Source: Octopus vulgaris
Lineage: Eukaryota
Length of the DNA: 64,000 nt
Reading direction: 5' to 3'
Assembly: GCA_951406725.2 (NCBI GenBank)
Contig: OX597823.1
Location: 82,212,001-82,276,000 of the forward strand
Under the pieces are notes generated by a model, which had not been told where the DNA came from, did not search any database, and saw only the letters and a program-made list of their open reading frames with translations. The position numbers were made by a program, and so were the translations under genes. This document shows, in pieces, positions 37,352 through 51,414 of this stretch (its first letter is position 1; each line of letters opens with the position of its first letter).

Positions 37352-37657
<306 letters not shown>

Positions 37658-37987
37658 CATACATACACACACACACATTCCATCTAGCAACGCCGCTCAG
37701 ACAGCTTTGGTCAAAGTGACTTGCACTGGAACAAAAGTCAGAATGATGTGGTTGAGAATCAAACTTACCAAAGTGCATCTTGCTTCGTGGCACCTTGGGC
37801 AAATGCCTTCTGCTTTACTATTTAAGCTTTACCATTTAAGCTATTGGAGGGATGTGAGTTCGATCCTCATTGCTGGCTGCCGACAAATTTTTCTGCTTAA
37901 AAATAAAGGGATTTTATCCTTTAAATATATAGTGTTCTGTATCCACGAGTTGAATAAAATTTATCCTTTTATAAATATATATATATC

Positions 37988-38335
37988 GTGGCACTCCGTC
38001 GGTTGCGACGACGAGGGTTCCAGTTGATCCGATTAACAGCCTGCTCGTGAAATTAACGTGTAAGTGGCTGAGCACTCTACTGGCACGTGTACCCTTAAAG
38101 TAGTTCTCGGAGTGATTCAGTGTCGCACAGAGTGTGACAAGGCTGACCCCTTTGAAATACAGGTACGACAGAAACAGGAAGAAAGAATGAGAGAAAGTTG
38201 TGGTGAAAGAATACCTGCCGGAGTCCCGTGGAACATTAGGTGTTTTCACTCAATAAACTCTCACAACGCCCGGTCTGGGAATCGAAACCGTGATCATATG
38301 ACCGCGAATCTGCTGCCCTAACTACTGAACCTCCA
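37988..38335 (-). mobile_element. SINE group C
   Basis: tRNA-like head on the minus strand; body shared with 4585-4770 and 51230-51414. Confidence 0.82.
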
Positions 38336-38656
38336 CACACACACAAATATATTCTCTCTCACTCTCTCTCTCACTCTCTCTCTCTCTCTGTCTCTCTGTC
38401 TCTCTCTCTCTGTCTGTCTGTCTGTCTCTCTCTCTCATACACGCACACACACAAACACACGTGTGTAATCACACATGCACACCCATATTTTGGAATGGTT
38501 ATGCTGCTAATAAAAGCTCTGACACTGGTTTTAGTTTACTGTATGTCATTATTAAAAAATCAATTATGTAATCAATTATTTGATTTATCAAAGTCTTTCA
38601 TTACAAATCTGTAGACATTTCAATGATTTCTCCTGCGACTTCTCCTTCTTCTGTTG

Positions 38657-38687
<31 letters not shown>

Positions 38688-38726
38688 GTCTATATATGTA
38701 TGTATGAATGTACGTGTGTTTATGTG

Positions 38727-38773
<47 letters not shown>

Positions 38774-38777
38774 ATAA

Positions 38778-39412
38778 AGGTTACAAAGTGACAGAGAGTA
38801 TTGACTAGCATTGCTTTTGCTAAAAACAGCTCAAAAGCCACAAAAAACTGAACTTAATGATTGACAGAGAGAGGAAAGTCTCCAGCGTACATAGTGGGAT
38901 CGCGATTTCGGATTTCGATGTAGACCTTCTTAATTCTCATCAGCGTTTCTTAACACCTAGAGTTAAGCTCAAAAGCTTCAGTCACTCTTATAAGAAAAAC
39001 AGTTGAAAACGTGCTGATTTTCAATACGGTAAAAGTGTAGAGATCAAATTAAAAAGGGTGTCTTATTAGCAATTAGAACCTTAAGGCAAAATTAAGTGAG
39101 GTCACAAAAGTGACAGAGGGTACCGACAGGCATCGCTTTTGCTAAAAAGTAAGAGTTAAAATAACTCAAAAGCCCCAAAAGCACCGTCTTAATGACTTAC
39201 AAAGGGAGGTAAGTCCCCATGCGTACATAGCTTGATCGGGATTTCAGATTTTGATGTAGACCATCTTAATCCCCATCAACGACTTCTTAATGCCTAAGGT
39301 TAAACTCAACTAGCTCTATCTTATACCTCTGTCTTATACCCTCTGTCACTTTTGTGACCCAGTGAATTTTGTCTTTAGGTTCTAATTACTAATAAGCTAC
39401 CCCTTTAAATTT
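38778..39412 (-). mobile_element. Penelope pseudo-LTR-like structure: two tandem ~320-bp units with hammerhead cores plus a terminal inversion, between (TA)n tracts
   Basis: Direct repeats start at 38778 and 39099; inverted repeat 39047-39122 versus 39337-39412; minus strand CTGATGA(38943-37)...GAAA-tcgcga-TC. Confidence 0.7.
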
Positions 39413-39576
39413 GTTATATATATATATATATATATATATGGTTCAGCAAAAATTTAGATTCAGATGAATATGGTACTTAAGTTGAGACAACAGAATTTAG
39501 TATGGTATTATCCATACAAATTTCAAAGTAAGGTGATTAAAATCAAAATAAGAAACAAGGATATCCAGACGTAAGG

Positions 39577-39660
39577 CAGTACGATCGTTTCATGCAACTC
39601 CATTTAATTGAACAATGCAATCATTACATCAATTTGAAAATGCAGAGCAATCTTCAGCTG
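39577..39660 (-). ncRNA. Type I hammerhead ribozyme with long stem II
   Basis: Minus strand cag-CTGAAGA-t-tgc...gca-t-GAAAC-gatc-GTA-ctg; palindromic ACGATCGT stem III. Confidence 0.7.
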
Positions 39661-40541
39661 TACAAAGATATAGAATTTAATTAAATTAGAACAGATGAAT
39701 ACCTTTGTATTATTATACCTAAAATCTCAAAGAAGCTAAGGAGCTAGACAAAGAACATGAAGTCTCACTCCTTTTAGAAGTTACTGAATTTTAAAGAAGC
39801 CACACATTGTTACAGACTCTGTCACTGATTTTTTTGTTTTATGGGGTCAATTTTAACTTATAGACTAGTTAAGCAAATCCCTTGTATATCAAAGGCTGAG
39901 AGAACAGAGGGCACTATCTGTTAGGGGTAGGGCTGAGGGAGCAGACAGACATCATAGTTGGTATAGTCATAAAAATCAAGATTTATGAGAAGCAATATCA
40001 TGAGGTTTGGTAAAAAAAAAAAAAAACAAGATGATAGCTGATAATTAAAGGGGTCACCCACTGGCAGGCCATTGATAATGAAACAGGGGAAGTCTTATCA
40101 TGTAGTACTATAGTTGAATATTTTAAACAATGTTACTATATTGTATACAGTTAAAGTTTAGGGTTATTCAAAGGATTATTAAGAAGAATATTATAACAAA
40201 AGGATAGAAATTTATGAATACTTTTGAGTATATGCCAAACTTTTACCAAAATAGAAAGACGAAAAGAAATTTCTAGAAATAGTTTATTATTTATATATAT
40301 TGTACACACACAAACATATATGTGTGTGTGTTTGTATATCTATATGTAAGTGTTATAATATCCTAACTTATATATATATATATATATAATAAATGGAAAT
40401 TGGAAAAGTTATCTACTCAGTTGACAACAAAAATCTATAAAAATCTATCGGAATAATATCTATATGTTCATCTATATCTATCCATTATCTCCCTCTCTCT
40501 CACTTCTTCTCTTCAACATTCACTCTCTATCTCTTTATCTA

Positions 40542-40695
<154 letters not shown>

Positions 40696-40696
40696 T

Positions 40697-40729
<33 letters not shown>

Positions 40730-41434
40730 CACATACATATGTATACACACATACACACATATATGCACCTTTGTGTTCCTATGCAATAGTGTGTATGAAG
40801 AGCTGTGTTACTATGTCGAGATATTTATTTTTGTAAGGGTTTTTGCAGGTGTATGTGTGTATGTATGCGTATGTGAGAGAGAGAAAGAGGGAGATAGGGA
40901 GAGAGAGGGAGAGAGGGGGAAGTAGAGAGAAAGAAGCGATATGAACATAAATATAATTGGGTGGTGGTGGTAGTAGTAGTATTCTATGTTAGTTGTGATA
41001 AGCGAACTTACGGCCGGGGGTGTGTATCTTCTTTCTCGTGTTATAAACAACACGTGTTGTTATTAACACACACACAAACGCGCAGACACACACACCACAC
41101 ACACAAACGCGCGCACACACACACACACACAAATGGGCAGACACACACACACACACACACACACAATCGCGCGCGCACTTACACTATATGAGCACACGAA
41201 TGTGCGTATGTGTTTCTCCTGCTCTTCTAATTGACGATAAAATCGAAAACAAACACAGTAAATACAAATAAGGAAGGAAAGAAAAATAAATTGAAATTGG
41301 AAAAGTTATCTACTCAGATGACAACTAAAATCTATAAACATTTACCAGAATAATATCTATATGCTGATCTCTATCTCTCCACTATCTCTCTCTCTCTCTC
41401 TCTGTCACTTCTCTCTAACATTCACTCTCTATCC

Positions 41435-41552
<118 letters not shown>

Positions 41553-41904
41553 GCGTTTGTATGTACATGCATACACACACAGGGATTTATATGTCTATAT
41601 ATATTTGTAAGCATAGAAACGTATAGATATATATGGGTGTATGTATATATATATGTACATACCTATATACGTATATGTCTTTGTATTCATATAGGCACAC
41701 ACACACACACACAAACAAGCATACACACACACATATATATACGCGTGGTGTGTGTATGTGTGTCTGTATGTATTTATGTGTGTGTGTGTGTTGTGGGCGC
41801 ATATAATACGTTTGCACACATTCATACTTAAACACCAACGTCCATATACAGAAATATAAAAAAAACAACTTTAAATGAAATCAAACACTGGATTGTACGT
41901 GTCT

Positions 41905-41949
<45 letters not shown>

Positions 41950-43476
41950 TAAATATAAAAGTGAAAGCAGAAAGAAAGAAAATAAAACGGAAGTTTAGAG
42001 AGAAACATGATAAGATGAAAGAGAAACAATTAAAAAATTGTAGCTAGACGAATAAAACGTTTGGCGGAAAGTAAGGTAGAAAATATATTGAAGAGAACAA
42101 TCACACAGTCTGTACATTAAAAATATATGCATCAAATCAAAAGAAACAATGGAGGATCTAACGTTTCGTATTACACTTGTTTATCAAAGAAAACGATACA
42201 GAATCAAGGGAGATTATCATAGGCATAAGCAAACTTTAGGTTAATTAAAATACGTTTGCCTCCCTTCGATAGTTCCTATTGATAACAGCTAAAGAGCTAG
42301 AAACGCATCTGGGAATCCGACAGGTGTTGGGGTGGGAAGGCACTAGACAGATTTTACCATAAGAGTAAATTTTTTCGTCACGGTTACTCCAGTGAATTTG
42401 TCTTTGGGAGTTGAAATAGATTACAAACATATTTTAACTAGCCTCAAGTTCACTTGTGTCTAAAGACTCCTTGGCGCTGATATTGCTGTAATTTTCTGAC
42501 TTGGCAGTCTAATGGCGGAACCTGTTTTATTTAAAGCTACGGCTTTAATTGAGTCTATCTAGAGTTACCCCTCTTCGGTATTTCTCATTGATAACGGCTA
42601 AAGACCTAAGAATGTGCCTGGGAATCCGACAGGGGGCAGCACTGGTGTTTTGTCAGTAATGGTAGTTTTGCACCTTTTATAAACGCTAAATTCTGTCTGT
42701 TCGGACCTTTGCTCTACATAGACATATTTTATCTTTATGGAATCAGCATGATCCCGGGGTTGAAAATATGCCCTTCATTTGGTTCTTGAACATTCAGCAT
42801 TGGGATCTGATATAACAGCATTTGAGTTGCTATTTCTAACAGGCAAAGCGTGGCTGATTCACGCCATCGTGGTTGACCTTTGTCAGAAGACGTCAGAGAT
42901 CAAGGGGGAGATAACCGACATTCATTTTGTTAATTTTACCTCAAGGTAAGAAATTTGGGACAAATTGGTCAACAGTAAGAATTCAACTTGGGACTAGAAT
43001 AATAGAATGATTGCATTTAAAAATTAATTCTCATCCTTCTTTAACCTCTGATCAAACACCACCGGTGCATATAGTCATTATAGATGTATTATAGTCATGC
43101 TATTTACCCCTCTCTAGTTTTGGGTCTCAGGCCTAATTAGCCATCCAGTGGAGCTAACTTAAAAATCTTCACTGAGTGCGGCTTTTAAATTATTTTTACC
43201 ATAACAGAGAGATTTTTCTCCAAGGTAACTACAGTGAATTTGCCTTTTGAAGTTGAAATATGTCACAAACATATATTTTAATGTTCACTTATGACTTAAC
43301 ACTGCTGACATATATATATATATTTATGTTTGTATGTATTTATATAACTGTTTGGTATTTTGAAAAATATTCGTAATTCATAGCCCCATCCATAAACTAA
43401 ACATAAACAAGTTGTTTTCCGCACAATGTGCTGTAGGTTATTGATGTGGAAATAGAAAATTCGAATTCATACACAC

Positions 43477-43507
<31 letters not shown>

Positions 43508-43841
43508 TGTATGTATGTATGTATTTATGTATGTATGTATGTATGTATGTATGTATGTATGTATGTATGTGTGTTACAGTTTTCAAATTTATTTTAATTA
43601 CTTGTTTTCTGCTAGAAGAAACGTGTAAACGTCTGGGTTTATATAAATCCTCCTACAAGAAACATGATTGCATCCCGGACATTTAAATAAGCTTTCATTT
43701 TAATATATTTGGCTTGAGTTATTTTTAACTCTGTCTGCATTACATTTATAGTAATCTATATTGCTCAACGTTTTTAATTTATCGACTTCACCTTTATATA
43801 TCTTGCATTGAAAAGACGTTTTTGTATTATGAGAAATATAC

Positions 43842-43921
<80 letters not shown>

Positions 43922-44323
43922 GTACATACATGTACGTATATGTAAATTGTTTATATATGTATGATACTCAATTATAAACAATCTCTTACACATATATGCA
44001 AAGACGAATCAATATAAAAGCAGATGTAAAGTAACAGGGTGAGCGGGGGAGAGAACGAGAGAGAGAGAGAGAGAGAGAAAGAGAAAGAGGGAGGGAGAGA
44101 CCGTCTGACAGAGAGAGTGAGAGGGAAAAGAAGAAAGATAGAAATATATGTTATTCAGCAGAAATAGCTATGAGAACAATTGCTATCTCTATTCTTGCTT
44201 CCAATTACATAGAATGACAGACAAAATGTCGAGTGTTTGGCTTGCATATGATCTTCTAATGAAAAACAATATAACGAATGTATTTGCAATATATATTTAT
44301 ACGGGTGTCGTGTGTACTTTATG

Positions 44324-44808
44324 AACGTATCGGAATCTACACACTGCACGAATTACACTTAACTCCCTCCCATCCGGCACCATTACTACTGGAGGGTTGC
44401 CGGATAAGCGAATTATTCGGTTATCTGATTGTCACTTTTAACATGACAATTGCACTTTACAAAACTCATTAAAACTCTTAACGTAACGGAATCTATATAT
44501 TACATGAAGTACAGTTAACTCGCTCCCATCCGGCACCACTACGACTGGGGAGCGGGGAGGGGATGCCGGATAACTGAATTATTCGGATATCTGATTGTCA
44601 CATCTAAAATTACCATTGCACTTTACAAAACTCATTAAAACTCTTAACGTAACGGAGTCTATACACTGCATGAAGTACAGTTAACTCCCTCCCATCCGGC
44701 ACCACTACGACTGCGGGGAGGGGGTTGCCGGATAAATGAATTATTCTTTTATCGGATTATCACTTTCAAAATTACTATTGCACCTTTCTAAAGGCATTAA
44801 GACTCTAT
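44324..44808 (+). repeat. Three tandem ~160-bp units resembling a pogo/Tigger-type MITE left end
   Basis: Units start at 44324, 44480 and 44646; each has taca(g/c)ttaactc..tcccatccggca...tgccggataa. Confidence 0.75.
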
Positions 44809-45134
44809 ATATACGTCAGCATTATCATTAATATTCTGAACATAGGATAATAAAAGAAAGAAATCGGAAGAAATAAAAATATGATTTAATTAAAGAACAA
44901 GCTTTAGTAACCTAATAAAATGCAGGTATAGTAAATGCCGTAAAATAAAATACGCGCGCGTGTGTGCGTGTGTGTATGAAAATCTCTTATAGAGATTTTC
45001 TAACTAGCTACTTTGTTTCGTGTGCCTCTCTCAGTGTGAGTGTTTCCGTACCATAGTCTAGACAATGAGCATCGTTGTCACACAATTGATGTGTGTTTGT
45101 TTACAGAGTTCTATTAGAATATTTTACCTTGTTT

Positions 45135-45245
45135 AGAGACAGGTTTGAAGGTTGACGACGGGAAAAAACATCCGGCTCTAAAGAAAACGTACCTCATCAT
45201 ATTCCGTCTGACCCATGCTATGGTGGAATAGCGGACGTTAAATGG

Positions 45246-45297
<52 letters not shown>

Positions 45298-45325
45298 AAC
45301 GATGATGATGATGATGATGATGACG
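45135..45325 (+). mobile_element. 3' end of a SINE/LINE with (GAT)n tail
   Basis: ggttgacgacgggaaaaaacatccggc...acccatgc...gcggacgttaaatg followed by (GAT)n. Confidence 0.55.
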
Positions 45326-46345
45326 ATTATGATAGTAGCATTCATACTTCTCTGTGTTTATAGATATAGAAGTGGATTACCATGTTTATAGATTTTAGGA
45401 AAATAATGCCGTCATATACATGATATTTGATATTTAATCTGTTATTTAAAAAAAAAAGTATTGTTTGTTAGCTGCATCTGTTCCTCAATTCTATTTCATG
45501 TAGATATTGATCAACATGTTTTCTTCGTTTCTGTTGCATTAATATATGAAAACTTGCTTCCACTCCCTTCGAGGCTAAAATATAATTTATAATAAGACAT
45601 CATAAGAAAATGCTTTTTCTTCGAAAACACCGACACATTTTTTTCCTTGTTGTTCTATCTATCTATCTGTGTCACTGCCTCAAAGTTAACAATGGTGCAG
45701 CTGCAACGAAACTATCGAAGGGGCTGATATGACGTGACAACATATAAGTTATAAATGTTAAAAACGGCGGTAGGTTGGCAGAATCGTTTGAGTCTCAAGG
45801 GAAAGGGTTTACAGCATTCATTTCAAAATTATAAACTTCTATTCTCATCTGCGATCATTCATAAAAGACAAGAGATGCATTTTGTAGGTTAATTTATCAG
45901 AGGAAGATCGGCATCTATGACCGTATTTTGTGCCTTCGACACGGGTGGAATTGAGGAGAGAATTCATGTTCAGAACAGAGACCTGTCCCAAATTATACCA
46001 CAAATAGGGCTTCTCTATAGGTAACTAAGAGCCAATTGATGTTGTTAAACAAGTTCAGGATCAAATAAAGCCAGACTTTATTTGATCCTGAACAATATTC
46101 TGATCTACTGTTGGTAAACTTTCCAGGAAATCTGTTGTTGCAGTAAGACAAGAAGAACATCAACATAATCAATACTAGCAGTAACCACGCACACACACAT
46201 ACACACATGCACACAGAAAAAAATTATCTGATCTGTAAGAATACATTCTAGAAACCTTGCACCTATTCCAGAAAACCTGGATCCCTTTCCAAAGATATTG
46301 TACCTATTCCAGATAAGAAACTTGTTCCAGGTAATCTATTACGTA

Positions 46346-46853
46346 CCGTAAATCCTCGCATTTTTTCCCAAAATTTAAAGGTCAAAATCCCTAGTGCGTA
46401 CTATATACGAGGTTAAAAATGAAAAATATTTCCTAAGCAATGTCCGAGTCATTATTTGCTGTCCGGTAATGTTTATTCAGACGCATTTTGTGATGTCGGG
46501 CGCGAAAATACCTTAAGCTAAGCCTGAGAGCAATGAAGTCATAAATGAATCATCCGTAACTTGCAGTAAGCAACATTTATTAAAATAAAAGTATTCAGAA
46601 CACACCGAAAAACATGTAACAAAAACAATTTGCAAACATATTTACATTCCCATATAGCAGTGAAGAACATTGCCATTATTGTATTACGCATGCGCGGAAG
46701 TGTTTGTTGGACTAGGTGCTGCTAGTTTAATTACGAACGACCCAAGTGAAGGGGTGTGTATTATACACATGGTTTAGGTTTTTCAGAGGTACAGCCCCCT
46801 ATAAATCCCCTGCGTATTATACTCAAGGGCGGACTATACTCGAGGATTTACGG
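46346..46853. mobile_element. Tc1/mariner-superfamily (Tc2/pogo-like) MITE
   Basis: TIRs ccgtaaatcctcg / cgaggatttacgg, each flanked by TA. Confidence 0.88.
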
Positions 46854-47219
46854 TATTCTAGACGATCTGATAGCTAGTATAGAAATGTACTCCCTATTCT
46901 AGAGAGCTACGTTTACTAGAACAACTGGGGCCTATTCTAAAAGATAAGGTAACTTTTTAACGATTCCACAACCAGAGGTCACCTGAGGGGCAGTGAATTC
47001 AATGTTTGTCAACTTAGTGGCAAAACAGTGTGTTACTGCGTTGAGGGGTTTAAGTTTAGAAAATGTAAACAAGTCATTCTATTTATGATCCCTAATCAGC
47101 TGAAATGTGGTTGCAGCTGCTGTTGTTATTACTATTGTTTATGTTCAGTTCAAAATCAATCTTGATTGAGCTTACCTTTGACCAAAGTTGATCGAGTTAT
47201 AGATAGTATAGATAATATA

Positions 47220-47392
47220 GGCGCAGGACTGGCTGTGTGGTAAGTAGCTTCCTTACCAACCACATGGTTCCGGGTTCAGTCCCACTGCGTGGCACCTTGG
47301 GCAAGTGTCTTCAAATATAGGCTCAGGCCGATTAAAGCCTTGTGAGTGGATTTGGTAGACGGAAGCTGAAAGAAGCCCATCGTATATATATG

Positions 47393-47463
<71 letters not shown>

Positions 47464-47685
47464 CTGTCTGTGTTTGGATGTCTGTGTTTGTCTCCCCAAC
47501 ATCGCTTGACAACCGATGCTGGTGTGTTTACGTCCCCGTAACTTAGCGGTTCGGCAAAAGAGACCAATTGAATAAGTACAAGATTTACAAACAATATGTC
47601 CTCGGGTCGATTTGCTCGACAGAAGGCGGGTGCTCCAGCATGGCCGCAGTCAAATGACTGAAACAAGTAAAAGAGTAAAAGAGAA
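47220..47685 (+). mobile_element. SINE family A, full length
   Basis: Matches the 22272 copy. Confidence 0.92.
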
Positions 47686-48216
47686 AGAGAGAGATAGAGT
47701 CCAGTTTTTCCTCATTTTAAGTTGAAAGGATGATCTGAGAGAATCGTGGCTGCTATTTTTTGAACGTTGCGCTACAAAGTAAAAGCTCTTTCGTCGGCTC
47801 GTAACAAAGGACCTTTCTTATTGTGATGAGGAGCAGAGAGAGACTTGCTCGCGTTAACGGTCGGTGATTACACTTGACAGTTGACAATGGTCTTACATCA
47901 CAGTTTGCTTGTCTACGACATTGCCTCAAGTTAAATTCCTCTTTACTTGCTACTATTTTGTTTATTTACTTCTCTTGCCATATTATACCCAGTAACAATG
48001 AAACATGCGTAGGAGAGTATTAATTATAGGATATTTCAAAATGCTTTCAAACTATCACATATTATTAACTAATTTCTGTACGGATGTTGGCAACAACAAA
48101 TATAAAATGAACTGAATAAAAGTATGTCATTTTTCTTTAAGAACTCTGCTATAGAAAGTAAGGTCAGGATGACTCTTATTAATGAAGATGACACTGATGA
48201 TTTGATATGTGATGTG

Positions 48217-48295
<79 letters not shown>

Positions 48296-48334
48296 TGTAT
48301 GTGTGTGTGTGTGCGTGTATGCAATTGATTCGGT

Positions 48335-48540
48335 GAAGAGCTGAAAGAATCCTTAGCACGCCGGGAAAAATGCTTAGCGATATTTCATCTTTACGTTCTG
48401 TGTTCAAATTTCGCCCAGGTCGACTTTGCCTTTTATCCTTTCGGGTCGGATAAAATAAGTACCAGTTGAGTACAGGGGTTGTTGTAAAGGATTTACTGCT
48501 CCCCCAAAATTGCTGGCCTTTTACCAAAATTTGAAACCAA
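48335..48540 (+). mobile_element. SINE family B
   Basis: ttagcacgccggg.aaaatgcttagcg...ggtcgactttgcc...aagtaccag. Confidence 0.8.
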
Positions 48541-48954
48541 TATAATACATATATATCCATCTTTCTATCTATATATGTTAGTCCGTGTGTTCGTACGCAT
48601 TAAAAGTAAACGGATCTACAGCTTGTTTTTACGATGTGTATTCAAATGTCCCATCAGCTGTCTACCTGTTCATTGAATCAGCATATAAACGCCTTGAATA
48701 TTCTATATATGTGTACTCTTAACATAAAATTCAGGTAGAATCAGACTGACAAAACTCCGGGTCGTTGAATAACAAGTTTTATTTATTCGACAGGTTTCCA
48801 GTTAGTTTTCTTCCCATCCATTTTCATTCACAAGACAAAAACTGACCCATGGCTATAGTAAAACACAATACATACGCTTCCATGCAAGGGGCTCAAACCC
48901 AGAGTTTTGTGTTTGTGAAGCTAAATAGTTCAATATTCGGCCAACACGCATATA

Positions 48955-49181
48955 CGAGGGGGTACTGAAAAGTTCTTGGATTTAAGGGTGTCGCAAAAGG
49001 CCTGGTTGGAGCCCCACTCTTCCTAGTTTTTTTTTGTTTTTACAGGGTTTAGAAAAACTGAAGGACCTCTGCAATAACTGTGTGAATCTGATAGGGAGGA
49101 ATATGTAGAATAAAATCATAATTAATTTATCTTCCCGTATTCTCTTTTACCCAAAGACAAGAACTTTCCAGCATCGCCTCG
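48955..49181. mobile_element. Mariner-type MITE
   Basis: TA-cgagggggtactgaaaagttcttg ... caagaactttccagcatcgcctcg-TA. Confidence 0.8.
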
Positions 49182-50745
49182 TATGTCTACCACCATAAAA
49201 TAGACTTAACAACGAACTATACAAATCTAGCTCGTTGCATAGAAGCTCTTTTTACAACTGTATAACAAAATACCTTTATTGTACAGAATGTGTATTATAT
49301 CTGTTCATAATATGATTTCGATTCACAGTTTTACTTCTTTTACCTTATGAATTCAGAAATGCATGTATTTTACATCTCTGTATTCCCATATCTTCTCTGA
49401 TATATCGTAAAACATGAAAGCTTTCTGAATGTCGTCATATATCATTAACATTACATAATTTGTGTTCAACAGAACCCTTAAATACTGAAATTGCCTATAG
49501 TGAATATATATTCTCGTTCGTTACAAAAACGATTTGAGAAAGACAGGCCAATTGAGAGATAATTGAAATCAAAGTGCAGATAGAGGTATATACGTGATAA
49601 AGCGATGAGTTGTACTTACAAAGAAAATATTCATAAATTACCAAACAGAGAAGTGAATAAATAGCATAATAAAGAGAAACTGTAGCTCGAGGTATGTAAG
49701 GAAACCACAAAATATAGCAGGTTATACGAGGTTATGCAAATTAAAGGAATGTTTAATCCTCCCAGGCATCATCAAAATCGGGCAATACATTTATCAAAAT
49801 GGGATAATAATGATATGTAAAATCTTAGGAAAGCGTGTGTTGCTGACAATGAGTTTAAAAATATATGGTTGATGCTTTTCAAATGTGATAAAAATTTCTA
49901 ACGTAAGAACAAAGGCTACGCATCTTGTGAAAAGTTATAACCAGGAACGTATCACGACTTCAGTTCTGTTTGGAAATAGTTTCGCTTCGTCACTTCACAT
50001 ACAGCGCCTAATACCTACGGGAAAATCATTAGCACTGCAAAATCTCAGTTAATTCTTTTTCTCAAATCGAATTAACCAAAATTCCACTGCGTATATAATC
50101 TTTTGGGATCCCATCAATTTCTTTAATTTCCATAATAGAATAAAAGAAAAATAATTGAAGATCATTGGGAACGTCACAAAAACAACAAGAATATAAAAGC
50201 AATAAGAAGAATATTTTACCAGAAATGTACTAATATAATTATGGTATCTAGTGTACGCATTTTAGATAAAAGCGGTAATTTCTAAATGCAGACTTGGTTA
50301 AGATGTTTCGTTTCGCAATTACGCGATTTTATGTTCAATTCCTACAATTGTCACCTTGAAGAAAACTATTCTATTTCAGTGTTAATCAAATCTATGTGAT
50401 GAAACTGGTTTAAAGGAAAACTGTGCAGAATCCGACTGGATGACCTGTACCTACCCTTGAGTGGTAAACTGGCACGGTTTAACAACACTTGTATCTTTGC
50501 CTTATGTGTTTATTTAATGGAATTTATTCTCTTACAAGTATTTGGACGGATGTCCTGCTCTAAGGGCAATCAATAGTCATGTTTTCTTCCCCCACTCCTT
50601 TATGTTCATCAATCTTCAAGGCCCTGGAACTTCTCATGACCGCTGCCATTTTGCTTCTGATTAAACAATAAATTTATCTATTTCAACGATCCAGTTATTG
50701 ACTGGTCCTTACTTTATAAATCCAGGAAATATAGAACAAGAAGTT

Positions 50746-50950
50746 AAGGTGGTGAGCTGGCAGAATCGTTGGCACGCCGGACAAAATGCTTAGGGGCGTT
50801 TCGCTCGTCTTTACATTATGAGTTCAAATTCCGTCGACTTTGACTTTCATCTTTTGATAAAATAAATACCATTTAAGCACTGTAGCTGACGTAATCGACT
50901 TACCCACCTCCCTGAAGTTGCTGGCCTTGTGCCAAAGTTTGAAACCAATA
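50746..50950 (+). mobile_element. SINE family B
   Basis: aaggtggtgagctggcagaatcgtt...ggccttgtgccaaagtttgaaacc. Confidence 0.8.
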
Positions 50951-51109
50951 TGAAGTTAAACCTCGAATGCAAAGGAATGTAACTAAATACTACAAAGTAT
51001 TTTGCGCCCCCTGATTTAACATAATAATTATTTCTGACTTATGCGTAAGGCCAGAAATATAGTGGGAGAGAAGTTCCTTTGATAAACCGCCTCCAAACCT
51101 GACTGTTGT

Positions 51110-51414
51110 TAGTGGTTGTTCCTTCTCGAGCCACGCCTGGCTCATGGGGCCGGTTTCCCGGCTTCCTTGACGTATAGGTTCCCCACCTGGACGGGACGCC
51201 GGTCTGTCGCAGATGAGCTGCAAGATGCAGGAGGAAAGAGTGAGAGAAAGTTGTGGCGAAAGAGTCAGCAGAAGTTCGCCTTTACCTTCTGCCGGAGCCG
51301 CGTGGAGCTTAGGTGTTTCGCTCATAAACACACACATCGCTCGGTCTGAGATTCGAACCCGTGATCCCTAGACCGCAAGTCTGCTGCTTTAACCACCAGG
51401 CCATGTGTCTCCAC
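51110..51414 (-). mobile_element. SINE group C with a third tail type
   Basis: Body gagtgagagaaagttgtgg...gccggagccgcgtggagcttaggtg; tail unrelated to those at 4296 and 37988. Confidence 0.8.
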
